Source: Lachnospiraceae bacterium UBA7589
GTDB lineage: Bacteria; Bacillota; Clostridia; Lachnospirales; Lachnospiraceae
Length of the DNA stretch: 13,129 nt
Direction: 5' to 3'
Assembly: GCA_002476495.1 (NCBI GenBank)
Contig: DLKL01000049.1
Span: forward strand, 22,106 to 35,234
Position numbers and translations under genes: made by a program
Notes under the pieces: generated by a model
The model's database searches: none
The model's input: the letters and a program-made list of their open reading frames with translations, nothing else
What the model was told of the DNA's origin: nothing
In this document: positions 8,193 to 12,076 of the stretch, piece after piece
Layout: each line of letters opens with the position of its first letter
Numbering within the stretch: position 1 is the stretch's first letter

Positions 8193-8269
8193 AATATCAC
8201 CCATCCCTTTCCATAAGAAGGATAGGCTAATGTGTTCCGTGCCTGTCCACTCTTACTGTGTGAACATTT

Positions 8270-8317
8270 CTATTTACACGGGACACATACCTTGGGTCTG
8301 TCCCGTACTCGATGCAT
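8270..8317 (-). CDS. Possible 15-codon micro-ORF (MHRVRDRPKVCVPCK) spanning a hairpin
   Basis: GGAAGGAGAG lies 4 nt upstream of the ATG at 8317 and the stop TAG is at 8270-8272. It was translated by hand. It is very short and may be a leader or regulatory ORF, or nothing. Confidence 0.2.
   Translation of the reverse strand: MHRVRDRPKVCVPCK
8278..8306 (-). promoter_or_regulatory. Perfect 8-bp stem hairpin (ACGGGACA / TGTCCCGT, 13-nt loop) upstream of the lipoprotein gene
   Basis: Plus-strand acgggaca (8278-8285) pairs with tgtcccgt (8299-8306). There is no U-tract on either strand, so it is not a classical terminator. Confidence 0.4.
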
Positions 8318-8332
8318 ACTACTCTCCTTCCA

Positions 8333-8410
8333 TTATACACATATCTTCTTCATTCTGAAGAAATATTGTACCAATCTCCGGTTCTTTCGGTAATTTGCAA
8401 ATGTCTTCAT
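8333..8410 (-). CDS. Possible 25-aa basic peptide (MKTFANYRKNRRLVQYFFRMKKICV)
   Basis: GGAAGGAGG lies 8 nt upstream of the ATG at 8410 and the TAA is at 8333-8335. It was translated by hand and is below the ORF-track cutoff. Confidence 0.35.
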   Translation of the reverse strand: MKTFANYRKNRRLVQYFFRMKKICV

Positions 8411-8425
8411 GTTACCGCCTCCTTC

Positions 8426-8602
8426 CTATGGTGTTCCTGCTCTCACAAATGCGAGGAACAGTCTGCCGACAAGTCCTAACAGCAAGAGGAAGACCTTTGC
8501 CACATTTAGAACCAACTGCAACGCATTTAATATCAGCCATGCGATTGCTTTCAATATAGCTACTAATACATTGCCAAATCCGGCTAAAAATCTTCCTGCC
8601 AT
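8426..8602 (-). CDS. 58-aa hydrophobic membrane miniprotein (MAGRFLAGFGNVLVAILKAIAWLILNALQLVLNVAKVFLLLLGLVGRLFLAFVRAGTP)
   Basis: The ATG at 8602 begins 2 nt after the ParR-like stop (8605-8607). GGAGGAATAGGAATG provides an SD that lies inside the end of the upstream gene. There are two predicted TM helices. It was translated codon by codon by hand and is below the ORF-track cutoff. Confidence 0.5.
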   Translation of the reverse strand: MAGRFLAGFGNVLVAILKAIAWLILNALQLVLNVAKVFLLLLGLVGRLFLAFVRAGTP

Positions 8603-8604
8603 TC

Positions 8605-9039
8605 CTATTCCTCCATTCCATCCATCAAATAGCTTAATGCATAATCTGAAATCGTATCATCATCCTGCGGTTCTTCTTCCTCTTTCTGAGAATCCATCCG
8701 GGTTCGTGAAATATAGGATGCAGTTTCTGCTTCATCCTTTGCGCCTAAGCTGATTCGAATGATTTCATCCTTTGCGGCACTGACTGCTGCATCAATCATC
8801 TGCCTCTTAAGATTCTCAAGCTCGGTTCTCGTAACATATTCCTGCTCGTCTCTGGATACTGTCACAAAAGCTTCCTTACCAAAATGGTCGATATAATACT
8901 CTGCCGCATCAATCAGAAACTGGCTCTTTGACTTACATACATCCGGACTCAATCCTGCGAGAACTTCATTGACCTTTCGATGTTGAGGATTCTTAATATT
9001 AAATCTGCAAGTATGCTTTACAATATGCTCTAATGACAT
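8605..9039 (-). CDS. parR: Ribbon-helix-helix DNA-binding protein, a ParR-like centromere-binding adaptor with an acidic C-terminal tail
   Basis: It lies immediately downstream of parM. The likely start is the ATG at 9039 (MSLEHIV...), 8 nt after GGGGGG. The N-terminus KHTCRFNIKNPQHRKVNEVLAGL...KSQFLIDAAEYYIDH fits a strand-helix-helix pattern. The tail is QKEEEEPQDDDTISDYALSYLMDGMEE. The assignment rests on context and fold pattern, not on measured homology. Confidence 0.55.
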   Translation of the reverse strand: MSLEHIVKHTCRFNIKNPQHRKVNEVLAGLSPDVCKSKSQFLIDAAEYYIDHFGKEAFVTVSRDEQEYVTRTELENLKRQMIDAAVSAAKDEIIRISLGAKDEAETASYISRTRMDSQKEEEEPQDDDTISDYALSYLMDGMEE

Positions 9040-9052
9040 CCTATACACCCCC

Positions 9053-9973
9053 CTATGCCAGCTTCTTCATCTTTCTGAGAGCCATCATTGCCAACTGTTC
9101 ATAGCCCTTGGCATTTGCCTTAACATCCAGAATATAAGTAATATTGCTCTGCGAAAGTCCTCCAAACAATTTCATTACTGATGCCCCGCCTCCTACAAAT
9201 ACAATGGGTGTTGTAGATAAGTTGTATCCATACTCTCTGATTGAGTTATACACCTTCTCACAAAAAGCTTCGATTTCTGCTTTCGCAATGTCGTAATACT
9301 TTCTGTCTATCTCACACCTGCCAAATCTCATGATGTCCTGAATAAAAGACTCATCCAGTTCACCATTCAACTGTCTTACACACTGCTCGTTGATGGTTCT
9401 CATACAGGTTATCAGTCCCTTCGGAATGGTCACACATTTTGATTCGTCCGGGACCTTATCTACAACCGGCATAATATCAATCGTCCATGAGCCGATATCC
9501 ACTATCAAGGTTTTCTTATTGAAGGTCTGAAACTTATCCGCAACTGCCGCATAGCATTGTGGAAATACTGCAACATTTTCAATTACCACATGATACCTGA
9601 TATTCTCAAACAGAAACTCAATATCCTTTTCCGCTGTAAGATACTTTACAAAGTCGGACTTCTCGTTGCCAAATCGTGTCAGTGGTAATCCTACCGCCAA
9701 GAACACCTTTGCTTCACACAAGCCTCTTCGTCTTAATTCCTTCGCAACCGCTGCCAGAGTCAAAAGATAAAATGTATCGTCCTCTGTCTTTGTGCTTTTT
9801 ACTTCCTGTCTGTTTCCTCCGACCTTGTAATATCTTCCTTTATACTCAAGAACGCCATCAAATAATGCAGGCTCAGTTGTAATTTCCTTCACGCCGGTAA
9901 CGAATACCTGTGAAGAGGTTTTAATATTACTCCAGCCGTGGTCAATACCAATTACTTCGATTTTGTTATTCAT
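9053..9973 (-). CDS. parM: ParM/StbA-family actin-like plasmid segregation ATPase
   Basis: The actin-fold motifs are present: IGIDHGWSNIKT (phosphate 1), VDIGSWTIDI (phosphate 2) and VFVGGGA (adenosine). The start is taken as the ATG at 9973 (MNNKIEVIGIDHG), with AGGAGG 9 nt upstream. The 28-codon extension in the track lacks an SD. Confidence 0.85.
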   Translation of the reverse strand: MNNKIEVIGIDHGWSNIKTSSQVFVTGVKEITTEPALFDGVLEYKGRYYKVGGNRQEVKSTKTEDDTFYLLTLAAVAKELRRRGLCEAKVFLAVGLPLTRFGNEKSDFVKYLTAEKDIEFLFENIRYHVVIENVAVFPQCYAAVADKFQTFNKKTLIVDIGSWTIDIMPVVDKVPDESKCVTIPKGLITCMRTINEQCVRQLNGELDESFIQDIMRFGRCEIDRKYYDIAKAEIEAFCEKVYNSIREYGYNLSTTPIVFVGGGASVMKLFGGLSQSNITYILDVKANAKGYEQLAMMALRKMKKLA

Positions 9974-10020
9974 CGTCTGCTTCCTCCTTTTCAATCTAAA
10001 TCTGAAATTCATTACTGCCT

Positions 10021-10278
10021 CTACTTTCCAAGGATTTTCTTCATACAAGGGAAACAATATCCACTGCCATTATTATAAGGACATCTATCGCATTCACTCG
10101 CCAGTTTCTTAATCTCAGTTTTTTTCTTTTCCCGATAGCACTTATTATTGATGCACCTGTTATTATTTCCCCAGAAGTATTTGCATTTCATACAATCCTT
10201 AAGATCCCTTTCAAGTTTCTCTTCTGCTGACAACTTATGCTTATGCCGTCTGCTGAACTCTTTTTGAACCACTCCCAT
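10021..10278 (-). CDS. 85-aa lysine-rich protein with eight cysteines, a putative double zinc-ribbon or zinc-knuckle protein
   Basis: The start is the ATG at 10278 (MGVVQKEF...), preceded by GGAGAGGAG. The cysteine pattern is CxxC-x9-Cx4C, then x17, then CxxC-x8-CxxC (CMKC...CINNKC...CDRC...CFPC). Confidence 0.7.
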   Translation of the reverse strand: MGVVQKEFSRRHKHKLSAEEKLERDLKDCMKCKYFWGNNNRCINNKCYREKKKTEIKKLASECDRCPYNNGSGYCFPCMKKILGK

Positions 10279-10414
10279 CCTGACTCTCCTCTCCAAGAAG
10301 AAAAGTCTGATAGAATTCCTCAATCCGTTTATCTGCATCACCTGCGGCTTTAGCAAGAGACCATGTCATAAGTAAACCTAATAAAGCAAATGCCATTGAA
10401 ATAATTCCTATCAT
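10241..10414 (-). CDS. 57-aa single-TM miniprotein (MIGIISMAFALLGLLMTWSLAKAAGDADKRIEEFYQTFLLGEESQDGSGSKRVQQTA)
   Basis: AAGGAGG lies 7-8 nt upstream of the ATG at 10414 and the TAA is at 10241-10243. It was translated by hand. It overlaps the start of the Cys-rich gene by 38 nt in another frame and is below the ORF-track cutoff. Confidence 0.45.
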   Translation of the reverse strand: MIGIISMAFALLGLLMTWSLAKAAGDADKRIEEFYQTFLLGEESQDGSGSKRVQQTA

Positions 10415-10434
10415 GTCTACATCCTCCTTATATT

Positions 10435-10740
10435 TCCTGCTAAAACAAGTTCAGTCAGGACAGCTTCTTAGAAGCATGTAGGTGTACTCTGGTTCATCCG
10501 AACCCCTCTATCGCCCGTACACATGGGAATTGCAGGCAAGCCACTTTCGTGTTCACGACGCTCTTTCAAATAAGAACTATCTCCTCTTCTGCCATTGTGA
10601 GGATTAGGGCTGTGCCCCATATGGGTTATTATCCTTCCGCAACATCCTTGTTCCTTTTACCAGATTCATAACCAACTTCTCGTTCTTCACTTCTCAGTCC
10701 ATCGAACTACTAATGTGAAAGTTGTGTTTGTATATCCTCA
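10435..10740. ncRNA. Candidate structured non-coding element (RNA leader, ncRNA, or ssDNA-active site). The family is not recognised and the strand is uncertain, though the minus strand is favoured.
   Basis: It sits in a 490-bp gap with no credible ORF. By hand count, G+C is about 51% over 10481-10620 against about 32% over 10801-10920. Several nested or adjacent palindromes are listed in the findings. The minus-strand sense is purine-rich. Confidence 0.3.
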
Positions 10741-10900
10741 AGGTGAATGCCCCGGAATTTTCACTTTACTCTCTCGAGTACCGCATTACTGCGAACCTGC
10801 AATTGATATTCAGTTTTTGTCCGTTTGTTTCGGACACACATATCATAAACCAGAAAAAAATATTTGGATATGGACTGGTTTGGTGTATTTTCTCAATATC

Positions 10901-10925
10901 ACACCAAAAACTGGTGTTTTTATTT
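10901..10925 (+). terminator. Intrinsic-terminator-like hairpin whose U-tract lies on the plus strand, at the 3' end of the minus-strand Xis-like operon
   Basis: ACACCA (10901-10906), AAAAC, TGGTGT (10912-10917), then TTTTTATTTATTT on the plus strand. On the minus strand the hairpin is preceded by an A-tract and followed by GATATTGAG, with no U-tract. Confidence 0.45.
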
Positions 10926-11177
10926 ATTTAGCTTCGTTTTATCTACTATGTACTTAGGCAACGGCACCGGATTCTCTTTGAACTGCTCCAGGTATGCCTC
11001 AAATATTTCTGTATTTATCAGTGCAGTATTTCCAACCTTATAAACAGCTCCTGCTTTCTTTGCCATTTCCATAATATGACTTCTGCTTATTCCATACACT
11101 GCCTGCCCTTCAGCTGCATTCACAAACTTTTTAAACACTTCTTTTGTGTCTGAATATGATTTATATGAATATCCCAT
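10920..11177 (-). CDS. Xis/MerR-like winged-helix DNA-binding protein, paralog 3 (one domain copy)
   Basis: An 85-aa ORF with AGGAGG 8 nt upstream. The domain is FVNAAEGQAVYGISRSHIMEMAKKAGAVYKVGNTALINTEIFEAYLEQFK. It resembles excisionase-type HTH domains, and possibly the family I recall as DUF6462. Confidence 0.75.
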   Translation of the reverse strand: MGYSYKSYSDTKEVFKKFVNAAEGQAVYGISRSHIMEMAKKAGAVYKVGNTALINTEIFEAYLEQFKENPVPLPKYIVDKTKLNK

Positions 11178-11180
11178 GCC

Positions 11181-11627
11181 TTAATCCTCCTTCCATAACG
11201 GATGCTTCATTTCCACAGGCTTTTCTCTAAATTGCTCCATATACTCATCAAACACATCTAGTCTAATAAGTACTTTACTTCCCTTACTATCACCTATCTT
11301 ATATACTGCTCCCGCTGCTCTTGCCATCTCAATAAAACGATTGCGTCCAATATTATAAATAAGTGTTCCTTCACCTACCCTCACAAATTTACGTTGAATT
11401 AGCTTAGATGATCTTCCTACTTTCGTTAAGTGCTTCATATAGTCCTCCAAAGGTTCAATCTTAATTAATCTTATTTTGGATAATTGGTACACCGCACCTG
11501 CTGCCTTTGCGTATGCAACAATAAGCGTTTCATCTATTCCAAAATACTGTGCTGCTTCTTCATATCTTAAAAATCGTTTCATCATATTGGATGCCTCATT
11601 TCCACGAGGCGATAATATAACTGCCAT
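11181..11627 (-). CDS. Xis/MerR-like winged-helix protein, paralog 2, carrying two tandem copies of the domain
   Basis: A 148-aa ORF. Copy a is FLRYEEAAQYFGIDETLIVAYAKAAGAVYQLSKIRLIKIEPLEDYMKHL. Copy b is FVRVGEGTLIYNIGRNRFIEMARAAGAVYKIGDSKGSKVLIRLDVFDEYMEQFR. An AGGTGA SD is present. Confidence 0.75.
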   Translation of the reverse strand: MAVILSPRGNEASNMMKRFLRYEEAAQYFGIDETLIVAYAKAAGAVYQLSKIRLIKIEPLEDYMKHLTKVGRSSKLIQRKFVRVGEGTLIYNIGRNRFIEMARAAGAVYKIGDSKGSKVLIRLDVFDEYMEQFREKPVEMKHPLWKED

Positions 11628-11635
11628 ATATTCAC

Positions 11636-11854
11636 CTACTTATAAAAATCATCTTCTACAATTCTGAATGTCTCCAAATACTCATCAAGTATTTCGGTAT
11701 TGACCAAAACCAGCTGACCGACCTTATAACATGCTTTTGCATCTTTAGCCAACTCTTGGAATTTGCTTAAACCCATACTATACATCTTGGCTCCTTCCGC
11801 ATATCTCACAAACTTCTGCATATTTCTTTTATTAGGTGCTTCTTTACCTGTCAT
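11636..11854 (-). CDS. Xis/MerR-like winged-helix protein, paralog 1
   Basis: This is track ORF 11636..11872, which begins at a TTG. The ATG at 11854 (MTGKEAPNKRNMQKFVRYAEGAKMYSMGLSKFQELAKDAKACYKVGQLVLVNTEILDEYLETFR) has AAAGGAGA 7 nt upstream. The ATG at 11860 is an alternative start. Confidence 0.75.
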   Translation of the reverse strand: MTGKEAPNKRNMQKFVRYAEGAKMYSMGLSKFQELAKDAKACYKVGQLVLVNTEILDEYLETFRIVEDDFYK

Positions 11855-11888
11855 ACTCATATCTCCTTTCAAATTTTTTCTCCATAAC

Positions 11889-11931
11889 GCAAAAAGAGGA
11901 TACTTTCTAAATTTCTTTAGAAAATATCCTC
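11889..11931 (-). terminator. Strong rho-independent terminator or 35-bp palindrome between lysS and the first Xis-like gene
   Basis: The arms are 11896-11911 and 11916-11931, 16 bp each, with a 4-nt loop. The single non-Watson-Crick position is G.U on the minus strand but C/A on the plus strand. TTTTT follows on the minus strand (A-run 11891-11895). Confidence 0.7.
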
Positions 11932-12012
11932 TAAGTAGTGCTTATCTTTTAATTTTGCTTTTCAATAAAATTGTAAATCCTTGTACACTCTTTGTTATGA
12001 CTATTGCTTTTG

Positions 12013-12040
12013 ATGGTCAAAATAATGGTCAAATGACCAT
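12013..12040. repeat. Three ATGGTCA half-sites: a direct repeat ATGGTCAAA (12013-12021 and 12025-12033) and the palindrome ATGGTCA-AA-TGACCAT (12025-12040)
   Basis: Read directly from the sequence: gATGGTCAAAataATGGTCAAATGACCATc. It lies 37-64 bp downstream of the lysS stop. A 2-nt spacer rules out an RNA hairpin, so a protein-binding site is more likely. Confidence 0.6.
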
Positions 12041-12076
12041 CCCACGCCCTTCAAACCCGCATAAATACTGGATTTT

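Larger units (their letters stand above)
1..12040. mobile_element. Segment of an integrated conjugative element or plasmid-like island abutting the 3' end of lysS. Only one boundary region is in the window and the exact end is unknown.
   Basis: Gene content is typical of Firmicute ICEs or conjugative plasmids: Xis-like HTH genes, ParM/ParR, an LPXTG multi-repeat adhesin, a DUF5688-like gene, RadC and a DUF3991/Toprim primase. All genes are co-oriented and sit directly beside a housekeeping aaRS gene. Confidence 0.6.

Noticed and set aside
8409-8753. The 114-aa plus-strand ORF and the 69-aa minus-strand ORF (8412..8621) cover the region downstream of parR.
   Set aside because: Neither has an SD. 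The plus-strand ORF is antisense to the end of the ParR-like gene. The same DNA is better explained by the 58-aa hydrophobic ORF (8426-8602), which has a coupled GGAGG.
9974-10356. The ORF track gives N-terminal extensions for ParM (to 10057) and for the Cys-rich ORF (to 10356). It also gives TTG/GTG-started extensions of the first Xis-like gene (11872), the ParR-like gene (9048) and the lipoprotein gene (8204).
   Set aside because: In each case an internal ATG has a strong, correctly spaced SD, and the extension would overlap the upstream gene or lack any SD.
10491-10504. GGTTCATCCGAACC resembles a tRNA T-arm.
   Set aside because: The loop is 4 nt rather than 7. There is no acceptor, D or anticodon arm context around it, and no CCA or matching 5' end.
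10468-10620. A 50-codon minus-strand ORF lies inside the GC-rich core (MGHSPNPHNGRRGDSSYLKERREHESGLPAIPMCTGDRGVRMNQSTPTCF).
   Set aside because: Its only SD-like element (GGAAGGA) is ~11 nt from the ATG. The sequence is rich in Gly, Arg, Pro, Ser and His and looks like a translated structured RNA. It is kept only as the alternative that would refute the ncRNA idea.
10674-10695. ACTTCTC-GTTCTTC-ACTTCTC (10675-10695) could be an iteron or parC repeat.
   Set aside because: There are only two 7-nt copies in a pyrimidine-rich low-complexity stretch. That is insufficient to call a centromere, so it is mentioned only as a place to look.
10715-10957. Two overlapping plus-strand ORFs (80 and 69 aa) lie in the non-coding gap.
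   Set aside because: They have no SD, they run through the terminator hairpin and into the antisense of the Xis-like gene, and their composition is not protein-like.
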